Below are positions 10,752-22,335 of a stretch of DNA of 64,000 nt, in pieces (position 1 is the stretch's first letter; the number at the start of each line of letters is the position of its first letter). Source of the stretch: Octopus bimaculoides (lineage: Eukaryota); assembly GCF_001194135.2 (NCBI RefSeq), contig NC_068982.1, forward strand, positions 128,426,307-128,490,306, in the 5' to 3' direction. A program made the translations under genes and the position numbers. Under the pieces are notes generated by a model. That model was not told the DNA's origin. It made no database searches and worked only from the letters and a program-made list of their open reading frames with translations.

Positions 10752-13700
10752 CTGTCTTTTAATATTTCTTCAATGGTAGGTGATTTGATACGAGCTGCTC
10801 TTAATAGCTGTTCAATCTCATATGCATCTTGAGGCATGGGTGATTGACTTTTGGATTTTCTGGAACTTGGTTGTTCAGGACTTCGACTGCCCTCAGTAGT
10901 TTTCTTTGAGCGTTCAGTAGATTCTGAGCTCGCAGCAACCTGACTAGGTGATTGACTTTTGGATTTTCTAGAACTTTGTTGTTCAGGACTCTGGCTGCTC
11001 TCGGTAGCTTTTTTTGATTGTTCACTAGATTCTGTACTTGCAGTAATTTGACTTGATTCTTTCACTGATTTTTCAGTTGTTGTTATTCTTTCTGATTTTT
11101 CAGTCACACTTTGATCAGCAGTATCTAAACGCTTTGTTCTGTGAGATTCATCAATTTCTTCTTCTCCATCTGCTTCATATTCTTTTTTAGTAATGACACT
11201 GTAATCTTCGCTCTCTCTATGAAGATGTCTGGTCTGACTGTCACTAGGCTCAGAACTCTCAGATGACTGATGCTCAATATCTTTAACTTCTTGTTTCTTC
11301 TTTATACCCGCATCTTCTGAACTCTGTCTTTGGTAAGATGTGTCTTCTGAAATTTGTCTTTGATCAGAATGTCTTTCCTTTGAAGTCTGTTTATCATATG
11401 CAGCATCTTCTGAAATTTGCCGATAAAAAAATTCTTCTGGATCAAATTTTTGTCTTTGAGAGATATTTACATCATCAGGAAACTGGTAATTTAGTCGATC
11501 TGAATCAATAGAAGTTTGTCTTAGGAAGAAAGTTTCATCCTCGGACAACTGTCTTTCTAAGGAACTTGTTCTATTCGACTCTGTATCAATACCCCGGAAA
11601 GATTCACTGGAGATACTTGCCTGTTCAGAGACATAAGATAAGGAATCCTCAGAAAATATTGGTTTCCTTGTCCATACTCCATCACTTTCTGACGGTAAAT
11701 CTTCTTTTCCAATATTTCCTGCTAGTTTATAAGATTTCCTACCAGTTTCATAATGTTCAGAAGTGCTCCATGATTCAAAAGGTCTTTCAGTATAACATTG
11801 GTCTTCCTCCAGTTGATCATCTGTATGTTGTCTCTGAAAAGTTCTTCGTCTGTAGAATTTAGATGCAGAAGCATCTTCATTCATTTCCAAATCATCCGTA
11901 CTGGAAACACCAGACACTTCATCAAAAGATCTTTCATAGCCTTTATTATCAAGATCTGATGACTGAACAGTCCTCCTGGAATACATTAACCTACTCTTAG
12001 AGCTAGAAAACTGTGTATCAGCAGCATCGTCAGTTGAAGCAGTCTCTGAATCAAAGCCAAATTCACAACTATCCTCATGGTGAATAAAAGCAGCCTTTTT
12101 ACTTGATGAGTCACTAGGTGATTCTCTGAATTCCAATTTTTCCCTCACTTCTGTAGATTTGTAATCTGTTTCTTCCTTTTGTACACCCCTATTTGAATCC
12201 AATTCTTGTTTTGTATGTTCTTGGTTATCAGAAAAATCTTTGCTTATAGGAGGCTGGGGTGTGTCAGTTATTTTTTTGACTTCATCTTTAGAAACATCTT
12301 GGCAAATGTTACTCAATTCGAAATCATTAGTATCGAAAAATACGTTCTCTTTTTTACTACTCATTGAAACAACACGTTCTTCATCAGGCTCTTCAACAAT
12401 GCCTCGATGCACTTCTTCTGATTGATTAAATGGTGACATCATTTCTTCAATAACAGGTGAGCCTGTGTGAACTGTGCGTTCATCTTTCATCAGTTTAGTT
12501 TCTTCATAATTAAAAGTTGATTGAGATTCATTGCTAATATTTTCATTTACTGAGAGGTTTCTTTGGTCAGGTGATACTGGCATTTCGACAGTATATTCTT
12601 GTTTCAGTTTCTTATCCACATCTTTGGTGACTTTTCCTAATTCTTCATCAGGTTCTACATTGACAACAGTTGCAGTTTGTTCAAATGCATTGTCTTCAGC
12701 CAAACCATCAGAAGGTCCAGTTTCTGTTTTTAAATCTTTAGTCAGTTTAGATGTGGATGATTCAGTACTAGAAGATTTTTCTTTCATTTCTTCTTCAATG
12801 ATTTTATGAACAAATGATTCAGCAAAATCTTCCACATCTTTTCTTTTCTGTTTTAAGTCTTCAATTGTGTCAGAAGATTCTTTTGAGAATTGTAAAGATC
12901 CTGAAATTTCTTCTTCTTTATGAATATCACTTATCTCTGACATTCTCTGTTTACTTATTTCTTCAACTTCTTGACTTTCAGTAACACTTTTTCTTCCAAT
13001 ATCTGATTGCAAGTCAGTGATAAGAGGTTTTTCACGCTCTTTATCTGAAGGTATATAGTTACTGTATTCTCCTGTAGCCTCAGACTGGTGTAGTTCTGTT
13101 TTTGTTGATGTATCAAGTTTCTCTTCATGAACAGCAGCAGCAGCAAGGGAACCAGATACTACACCTGTCTTATTATCAAATGTCAGAGAATCATCACGAG
13201 CACTAATTATTTCATGATCTTTCTGTTTGCCTTCTATTTTCTGATTTAACTGCTGATATTTCTCATTGAGTGCTTCGTCAGTGTTGATTACTCCATCCTT
13301 TACTAATTTCTCTGAAATGTCCCACTGGCCATATTCAGTATTTTCCTGTTCACTCTTAGTTGTATACTTTAACTTAGTATCAGGTGTCTGCTCTAGTAAA
13401 CTGAATTCCCGTTCGGAACTATCAATTATTTCTTTTCTTTTCTCCTCACTTAACTCACAAAGTTGTTCAATTTGACTCTTATTTTCCCCAAAAATATTTT
13501 GACCAGGAGGAATTGAAAAGGTTTCATATTCTTCAATTATTACTTCTTTATCATGTGACAAAGTAATTTCACATTCAGTCTCATTTTCTGTGAATGTTTC
13601 TGTGGTAAAACTTTGTTCCACTGTGGAAGAAGAAGCTCCTGCAACATTCTCCATTTCCCTCTGAACATCTTGTACAAAATCAAAGCTAAATGTTTGTTGT

Positions 13701-16700
13701 CTTTCAGGGCTTACTGACAATCCAGTCTTTACTTCTACCAGAACCGACTCTGCACCATTTGGTATTTCTTTTTCAACTGAATCATCAAATTGTTTCACTT
13801 GTACTTCACTGGAGACGACCTCACCTTCAGTACCTTCCAGTTCTGAACTTTCATATATTCCTTTAACAGTTTTCGTAGTTGTTGTGGTTATTACTTCAGT
13901 TGTTTGACTAGACCCTTCAGATCCTTTCTCAGTTCTTGTAGATGTTACTTCAGTAGTTTTAGTAGAACCATCAGATCCTTTCTCAGTATACACTTCTGTT
14001 TTTTGATAAGATACTTCTCCATGAACACCTCCTTCTTTAGCTTCATCTCCAGTGAGAAGTCCACCATGTTGCTCATGTACTTCGGTGTGAACATCGACTA
14101 CTTTGATATCTTTTGTATCAGGTACTTCAATATGAGTACCTTCACCACTGATTATGTCCACTTTTTCTGTTTTCCTCTCAGTTTCTACACTATAAGATTC
14201 TGTGACTGTTTCAGTTTTTTCACTGACACCTTCTACTCTTGCTTCACTCTGTAACTGGCTAAACTTATCACTTTCAAATTCCACAGTGATTTCTTGGTCT
14301 TCTGTTGTCATTTGAACTTTATCATCCTGTCCTTCTGTTACATCAGAAACAATATTTACGTTTTCATCTGATACTGCAAAGCTAAAACATTGTTCCTGGT
14401 CTTGTTTATCTACAACAACCTCTGTCCTTTCTTCAGTTACACCAACATCTCCTTTTTCTTCAACTTGTACATTCTCCTCAGATACTGTAAAGGAAAAATC
14501 GACATCTTTTCCTGTTTCTTCAGTGTCAACATTGGATCTTTTCTCAATTACATTTGTAATGGTCTCTGACATAACAGTAATAATTTCTGGTTCCTTGTTA
14601 GCTATATCTGCAACTATATCAGATTCTAACTCAGTTACCTCAGCAGAAACACTAGTAGTCTCCTCAGTTATGTCAGTGGAAATCTCAGATTTTCTTTCAG
14701 TTACCTCAGTGGTAACCTCAAACACCTCAGTTATCTCAGTGGAAACATCAGTAATCTTCTCAGATGAATCAGTTGTGATGACCTCTGATACTGTTTCATG
14801 CATATCACTGGGAGTATCATGTACCTTCTCTGCTACATCGGTAGAGACCTCTGATATTTCCTCACTTACTTCAAAATGAACATCAGTTGTAGTTTCAGCT
14901 ATGTCGGTGGGAGCATCAGCTGTCTTCTCTGCTACATCTGTAGAGACTTCTGATATTTTCTCACTCACTTCAAAATGAACATCAGTTGTAGTTTCAGCTA
15001 TGTCGGTGGGAGCATCAGCTGTCTTCTCTGCTACATCTGTAGAGACCTCTGATATTTCCTCACTCACTTCANNNNNNNNNNCTCACTCACTTCAAAATGA
15101 ACATCAGTTGTAGTTTCAGCTATGTCGGTGGGAGCATCAGCTGTCTTCTCTGCTACATCTGTAGAGACCTCTGATATTTCCTCACTCACTTCAACATGAA
15201 CATCAGTTATAGTTTCAGATACGTCGGTGGGAGCATCAGCTGTCTTCTCTGCTACATCTGTAGAGACCTCTGATATTTCCTCACTTACTTCAAAATGAAC
15301 ATCAGTTGTAGTTTCAGCTATGTCAGTGGGAACATCAACTGTCTTCTGTACTACATCTGTAGAGACCTCTGATATTTCCTCACTCACTTCAAAATGAACA
15401 TCAGTTATAGTTTCAGCTATGTCGGTGGGAGCATCAGCTATCTTCTCTGCAACATCTGTAGAGACCTCTGATATTTCCTCACTGACTTCAACATGAACAT
15501 CAGTTATAGTTTCAGCTATGTCGGTGGGAGCATCAGCTATCTTCTCTGCTACATCTGTAGAAACCTCAGGAGCTTTTTCTGGTACTTCAGCAGGAACATC
15601 AGTTACTTTCTCAGGTAGTTCTGTGGGAATATCGGCTACTGTTTCAGGTATTTCAAAAGAAATATCAACTGCTTTCTCAGGTTCTTCTGCGGGAACATCA
15701 GTGACTTTCTCAAGCACCTCAGGTACCTCAACAGGAATGTCAGCTGCTTTCTCAGGTACCTCTACAGGAATTTCAGAAACTGCTTCCGGTATTTCAAAAG
15801 AATTATCAACTATTTTCTCGGGTTCTTCAGTGGGAACATCAGCTACTTTCTCAGGGATTTCTGTGGGAATATCAGCAACTTTTTCAGGTACTTCAACAGA
15901 AATATCAACTATTTTTTCAGGTACTTCAACAGGTATATCAGTTACTTTCTCAGGTACTTCTGTGAGAATATCAACAACTTTTTCAGGTACTTCAACAGAA
16001 ATATCAACTATTTTTTCAGGTACATCTGCAGGAACATCGACTACTTTCTCAGGTACTTCAACTGGTATATCAGTTGCTTTCTCAGGGACTTCAGTGGGAA
16101 CATCAGTTACCTTCTCAGGTGTCTCTGTTACTTTCTTAGTGGGAACTTCTGTGTCTACAAAAACATCCGAACTCTCCGTTTCATATGATAGTTTGTATTT
16201 TTGATGACTTGAATCATAAGAGACATCCTGAAATTCTCGTTTCTTATCTTCATCCATACCAATACTATCTGTTTTATATTCTTTTGAGCTACTAATATAT
16301 TCTGTCCTGTCAGTGGTAGTTTCTTTAGAACCAGCAGAATCAGCAAAAAGGGATTTTGTCAAAGCACTATATTTCTCTTCTACAGATTCAATAGACTTAT
16401 CAGAAATCCTCTTTGTCTCCTTCACCTGTAACTTTTGCTCTAAAGTTTCCCTTGTAGTTCTTGAAGTACTATCCATCTCATCATATGGTTTAGGTGATGT
16501 AGGATCAGTTGTTTCCTTGGAATATTTTTCCTCTCGCTTTTCATGATGTCTGCCTCTCATTGACCAGGGTTTAGTTTCATCATCTGTGTCTATTGAATAG
16601 TCACTATCACTAGTTCTTCTTCTTAGGTTTCGTCTAAAATTATCATCATACCTGGCGTCGTAATCGGAGCCAAGGTCAAATGACTCTGACCGTCTATATT

Positions 16701-17009
16701 GGTCATGTGACTCTGACCTTTGGGATAGATCATATGACTCTGACCTTCGGAATCGGTCATATCTGCTGTAGCGTTCTTTGGAACCACCGCCATAGCTAGG
16801 GTACTTGTTGTAAGGACTCTCCGAATATCTGCTATATCTGGAGTGTCTGTCCGATTCCTGACTTGATGATCTGTACCTTCTTTCCCTTTCAGGGGATCTT
16901 TGGGGACTACGTCTTTCAGGGCGAGAGTAACTTTCACCATAGAGACGTATCTCCCACCTTTTGAAGAGATCTTCACCATAGCTGGAGTCAAACAGACTCT
17001 CTCTGTTTC
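10752..17009 (-). CDS. Giant (~6.2 kb, about 2080 aa) low-complexity exon of the titin/obscurin-like protein (R/S/Y-rich, PEVK-like and acidic E/T/S/D-rich segments)
   Basis: ORFs 15064-17169 and 10748-15067 are separated only by the 10-N gap at 15072-15081. Acceptor tttatttccag|GA at 17010/17009 (phase 1); donor CAG|gtaagt at 10752/10751 (phase 2). Removing the gap plus the 13-nt overlap flanking it gives 6235 nt = 2 + 2077 codons + 2, which is in frame with both neighbouring exons. Confidence 0.9.
10838..11045 (-). repeat. Coding duplication, 2 x 108 bp (36 aa; ...SKKxTExSxSPEQxSSRKSKSQSP)
   Basis: tgattgacttttggattttc occurs at 10841 and 10949 (period 108). Confidence 0.85.
14825..15576 (-). 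repeat. Coding tandem array of 99-bp (33-aa) units EISEVSTDVAEKTADAPTDIAETTTDVHFEVSE; at least 7 copies, interrupted by an assembly gap
   Basis: 99-bp period visible in DNA (catcagttgtagtttcagc at 14881 and 14980). Five copies precede the gap; two full and one partial follow it. Confidence 0.93.
15577..16113 (-). repeat. Coding tandem array: 16 x 33-bp (11-aa) PEVK-like units, consensus K[VIA]xD[IV]PxE[VI]PE, with one 3-aa insert
   Basis: Counted in the translation: KVTDVPTEVPE ... KVTDVPAEVPE. 537 nt = 16 x 11 + 3 codons. Confidence 0.93.
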
Positions 17010-17045
17010 CTGGAAATAAAAATGAATTATGATTGTCAAATATGC

Positions 17046-17047
<2 letters not shown>

Positions 17048-17095
<48 letters not shown>

Positions 17096-17365
17096 CGCAG
17101 CAGCAGCGGTAGTGATGGTGATAGTGGTGGAGGGAGGGGGCTGGTGGTGGTTGGTAGGAGTGGGAGCAACTAGTTAGTTGTAGGGTTGTGATGACAGTAG
17201 TGGTAGCAGTGGTAGTTGTTGTGATAGTGGTAGTGGCTGCTTTGGTGGTGGTATTGATGGTGGTGGCAGTGGTGATGTTTTTGGTGGTGGCAGTAATGGT
17301 GGTGGCGGTGGTGGTGGTGGCAGTAATGGTGGTGGTGGTGGTATTAGTAGTAGTAGTAGTAGTAG
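17048..17365. repeat. Compound trinucleotide microsatellite (AGT)n/(GGT)n next to the giant-exon acceptor
   Basis: Pure (AGT)16 at 17048-17095, then a GGT/AGT mosaic to ~17365. Confidence 0.9.
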
Positions 17366-17640
17366 AGTGCATGCAATTTTGATTTCTATTCTTGACTGTT
17401 GGCTCATTGAAATCCTTAAAAACAAACAAATATTTTGGCAATAAATATCTCAAAGAATAATTAACAATCCCAATTAGCAATCTCTTTGTATCATATGACT
17501 GTAATAAAAATTTCAAAATTAAATAAATCATGAATGCCATCAATAGTTGTAAATTATATACACTCAACAGTGTTTCCATAGAGATACTAAAGCTGTCTGA
17601 ACAATAACTTGGCAGGCTTGTGGGTTTTGGCAAAATTTGC

Positions 17641-17672
<32 letters not shown>

Positions 17673-18429
17673 TTATTGTGTCTGGGGAGAGTCATCCTGT
17701 TTTAATACCTTATTAATTAACACACTCACCGGTTCAATTTCTTCTCATTTACTTATTTATTTTTTCTAGAAAGAATAAATAAGTAAATGAGTGGGAGTCG
17801 AAAAAATAAGTAAGTAAATAATCCCATGTGACTTTGGGATCAGTAGCCTAGGGCTATAGTAGAAGATACAAAGCCTTGTGAGTGGATTTGGTAGACAGAA
17901 ACTGATAGAAGCCTGTTGTATACGTATCCATGTGTCTGTGTACGTGAGTGTATGTGTATGTGTATGTGTCTGTGTATGTGTGTGTGTGTGCATGTGTGTG
18001 TGTGTGTGTGTGTCTGTGTGTGCATATGTCTGTGGGCTTCTTGCAGTTTCCATCTACCAGTCTCACACACAAAGCATTGGTCAGCCTGAGGTCATGCATT
18101 AGGGAATGTACCTTAAACCACAACGTCAAGGAAAGGTTAAGGAGACAACCCTAAAACTTCAGTTAATTAATTACAATTAATTAAAATGGAATGTAGTGGT
18201 GGAGAGAGTCTTATCTTTATCAGTATAGTCATGCTTCTGTCTTCTTAATCTTTACTTAAGTGCTATGCCAGTTAAAAGACTAATATCTAAATAAACTTTG
18301 TCATTAGACAGTAGTTAAAATCTAACTTTCTCCTTTCTACAATAAATTAAATTAGAAAATTTTAATTATTATAATTGTTGGCATACATTTTCAGCATAAC
18401 TGTAATTATATCACTAATGTCACTTTTCT

Positions 18430-18580
18430 GTAGGCAGGAAATTGGTAACGTTGTTAGAGTGTAGACAGAATGTATTGTGGTATTTGACACCTTGCATTAT
18501 CATTTCAAATTCTGTTAATGTCAACTTTGCTTCTCATTCTTCCAAGTTTGATAAATAATGAACTAACCCCCAAAAAACAG
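18430..18580 (+). mobile_element. Diverged family C SINE head
   Basis: GGCAGGAAATTGGTAACGTTGTTAGAG ... TTTCAAATTCTG ... GTCAACTTTGCTTCTCATTC. Confidence 0.5.
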
Positions 18581-18956
18581 ACTGATGGAAACATTAGAAC
18601 ATTGGATAGGTTGTTTTGTAGTATTTATTCCAGCTCATATGCTAGTTGTGTGATAGACTTAATCCATCACACAGTTTAACACTACCATTTAACACAATGG
18701 TTGCTTTTAGTGGAGCCCATTTTAATGCAAGCATTTCAGTCAGGTTTCTGGTTTGAGGAAACCTTCCTCCTCCTCACCCACCATTTTGGAGGCCTTGCAA
18801 AGAGTTGTGAGCAAAACCTTTCTTTCCTATTATGATAGATTCTTCTCATCACAAAGGGTATAATTTTCATTAATTAAAATTTCCTAGTTGATAATATTGA
18901 GTTTTCTAGTACCCATTTTACTACAGTAGATAACTTTTAGTGCCCTAAATGGGACA

Positions 18957-19166
18957 TAAAACTCTTTAACATTTAGATCATTCTGTCAAATGTAATACTT
19001 ATTTATGAACATTGTTGGGAATTAGTTACACATTATCTCACTGGTTTGAAATTTCAATGATATGATTATTTTTAGAATGACATTGAAGGGTGGGTGTGAG
19101 AGGCTGAATCTGGTTAGTTTGAATAGGCTGGGCTGGGTATGGCCAATCTAAATGCTAAAAGGTTAA
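18957..19166. mobile_element. TTAA-ended (piggyBac-like) MITE, diverged
   Basis: Right end ...tctaaatgctaaaaggTTAA is the inverse of left end taaaactctttaacatttaga; about 210 bp, non-coding. Confidence 0.55.
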
Positions 19167-19315
19167 ACTATAATAAAAAAAATATCTCTTTGCTAGTTCA
19201 AATCTTAGAGATATATATTATCCACTTAATTCTCTTCAGCATCAACCTTCAGTTCATGCAGTCATACAATCTTCTATTTCACACAAATAAATAAAATAAA
19301 ATAAAATAGAATTTT

Positions 19316-19509
19316 CGTGCCGGTGGCACGTAAAAGCACCCACTACACTCTCAGAGTGGTTGGCATTAGGAAGGGCATCCAGCTGTAGAAACTCTGCCAA
19401 ATCAGACTGGAGCCTGGTGTAGCCATCTGGTTCACCAGTCCTCAGCCAAATCGTCCAACCCATGCTAGCATGGAAAGTGGGCGTTAAACGATGATGATGA
19501 CGATGATGA
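19316..19509 (+). mobile_element. Family A (RTE 3'-end) repeat
   Basis: GTGCCGGTGGCACGTAAAAGCACCC...CCCATGCTAGCATGG...(GAT)n. Confidence 0.85.
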
Positions 19510-20189
19510 AAATTGATGTCTTAATTTTCCAGTCATCCCTCTAGTATTAATGACAGTTTAATGTTACAAAAATGGCTAGGTATTAATGTAGTTAATAAAC
19601 ATTTTTATGAGTATGGTGATTATAGTTCTGTAAATATCTCTTCTATGTCAACCATATGCTTTAGCTTCTAGAACATATTTCCATCAGGAGTTAAGCTACA
19701 AACATATTATATTTCCCAAGCGCAAAAATAATTTGTGTAGTTGTTTATAATATTACACGATCACATTTTGCTATATTTATCAATGAAAACACAGGTGGCT
19801 TAATACTAGGCAGATTGTAAAAATAACAATCTGTTCCACATCAAAAGATTTAAATATACACTAGAAAAAAATGTTAATAAAAGTTATTAGAATTAACTTC
19901 AATTAACACTATTTTAGTCATAACTGAAACAGTCATTTAATTGTGTATCAAAAATGGTTGAAGACATGGTTGTGTGGTTAAAATCTTCACTTTTAAACTA
20001 TACAATTTCAGGTTCAGGCTCAGAGTCTGGTATCTTGAACAAATATCATCTATCATAGATATGATTGACCAAAGCTTTGAGAGGGAAATTTGGTAGATGT
20101 AAAAACTGCATTGAAAGGTTTAGTCAAACAAACCAACCCCAGTACTTCTTTCTGTCTTTCTTTTTTTTTAGACCTGGTACTTTTTCTAA

Positions 20190-20480
20190 GAGTCTCTTTT
20201 GCCAAACCACTAAGTAACAGGGATGTAAACACACAAACCCCAGTTATCAAGCAGTGGTGGGGAACAAGCACAAATACAAAGACACACACACACACATAGA
20301 TATACATACACATACACATATATGTGACAGGCATCTTTCAGTTTCCATTTATTATATCCACTCTCAAGGCTTTGGTTGACTCAGGGCTAAAGTTGAAGAC
20401 ACCTGCCCAAGTGGGACTGATCCCAGAACCATGTGGTTGGGAAGCAAACTTCTTACCAAACAGCCATGTCTCTGCCTAGC
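20190..20480 (-). mobile_element. Family B SINE
   Basis: Body, (CA)n tract and tRNA-like head, as in 4222-4700. Confidence 0.75.
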
Positions 20481-20642
20481 CACTACCACATGATTTTAAA
20501 ATTAACTCTCTCCCACTGAACCCCATCCCTATTCCTACCTCTGTATCTTTATGCCACCTTTACCCCACTCTGCCCTCACTCCAGCCCTTACCCCATCCTG
20601 CACTCATTCCAGCCCCCAACTCCACTCTATAGGCAAATATCT

Positions 20643-20750
20643 CCCATACAGTCATCATCATCATCATCATCATCATCGTTTAACATTCGCTTTCCATGCT
20701 AGCATGGGTTGGACGGTTTGACTGAGGACTAGCAAGCCAGGAGGCTGCAC
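20643..20750 (-). mobile_element. Family A 3' tip
   Basis: (ATC)n gtttaacattcgctttccatgctagcatgggttggacgg. Confidence 0.8.
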
Positions 20751-21023
20751 TGATCCATTTTTATTTTTGCTTTCTCAATCCAAGGGTCATAACTCCAATG
20801 AGCTAAATTACTTTACACCCTTAGTTTTGACATGGTTGCTTTCATTCCAGTTTATTTACAACACTTATATGATCCACAGACTAGGTGTGACACATCCAGT
20901 GGCAGAGAACTCACACCATACTATTTCTTTCAACCTTTTCTGATGATTGCTGATGTTATTTCAACTCCTGGTATGAAACTGATTGATAAAGCAGCTGATA
21001 AGAGAATATAATATTGTATGTGT

Positions 21024-21344
21024 TGGTGGCATGTTAGAAAATCATTCGAGCGAGATCATTGCCAGTGCTGCTGGACTGGCTCCCGTGCAGGTGGCACGTA
21101 AAAAACACCATTTCGAGCATGGTCATTGCCAGTACTGTGTGACTGGCCCTCATGCCGGTGGCACGTAAAAGCACTCACTACACTCTCGGAGTGGTTGGCA
21201 TTAGGAAGGGCATCCAGCTGTAGAAACTCTGCCAGATCAGATTGGAGCCTGGTGCAACCTTCTGGTTTGCCAGTCCTCAGTCAAATCGTCCAACCCATGC
21301 TAGCATGGAAATCAGACGTTAAACGATGATGATGATGATGATGA
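21024..21344 (+). mobile_element. Family A repeat, long variant
   Basis: Three GGTGGCA(C/T)GT subrepeats followed by the shared terminal ~190 bp and a (GAT)n tail. Confidence 0.85.
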
Positions 21345-22295
21345 ATGATATACCCACTGTATTAACCAATATATGAATGCCTATTTTTTCTGATCAATGG
21401 ATTTTGAGACGACTACATACCTACACTCATACACATACACATTATGTATATGTATACACATATATTATTATATTTGGGAAGTGTCGTCATTAAAAAAGCC
21501 TGTAAACCCATTCATCCATTGTTGTTTGTCTCTATTTCACTTCTCATTTCAAAGCAGATAGTTGCTTATGTCTCCTAACATATTTTTCATCACATTGACC
21601 AGCAGCCTTTACAATGAGTGTCTATTTTTTTCTTTTAAATGCTTGTTTTTTTTAGTTTTTTTTTAGTATTTAACTAATGTTACTGTTTTTATATCTCAAT
21701 AGCCCACCGCTTTAACATTTGACTTGTGAAACACCATGCACCTGTTCAGGTAATATTGATTTGATAGAAGGAATGAGCTTATGTACAGCACAAACATTTG
21801 CTCACTATAAACAAATCACCTATCTAGGTTGTTCAGCAAGAAGTTGCAGAATTGTCTTTCTCAGACTCGAGTGACTACCAATATACCGTTATTATCTCTA
21901 TAGTAAGCATGTAAACTAATGACAGAAGGTTTATTTGTTTACCTTGTTTCTTTTTCTTATTACTAACATCGAAACATGTGTGTGTAAGTGTGTATGCATG
22001 TGTTTGTTAGTTGACTTTAATTGTTCTTGGACTTATCTATATTCTTGTACTATTTACGGTGGTGTGTTGTCTTAAGGAGCAGCGTTGTTACACCACTCAT
22101 TCTTCATATCAAGTATGTGAGTGTCAGCTTCTCATATTTGTATAGGAGATAGACTCCCACCTCCACCCACATATTTAACGTAAAGAATGAGTGTTGTGAG
22201 CCTAATGGTAACCCTCCACAACAATAATACAGGAATAATGATAAAAGAAGTTAAAAAATAACTGAAGTCAACCAATACATAAGCATGCAGCCCCA

Positions 22296-22335
<40 letters not shown>

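Noticed and set aside
15518-16204. Plus-strand ORFs (15518-16204, 14523-14879, 13904-14254 and others) with SGTS-type repeats
   Set aside because: Antisense shadows of the repetitive coding exon; no splice or start context of their own.
17010-17169. Signal-peptide-like N-terminus MLPLLPTTT...LLLLLL of ORF 15064-17169
   Set aside because: It is read-through of the intronic (AGT)n/(GGT)n microsatellite; a strong, phase-compatible acceptor sits at 17010/17009.
16623-17642. 339-aa minus ORF with poly-T/poly-Y runs
   Set aside because: Alternative frame through the microsatellite and exon start; composition dictated by the repeats.
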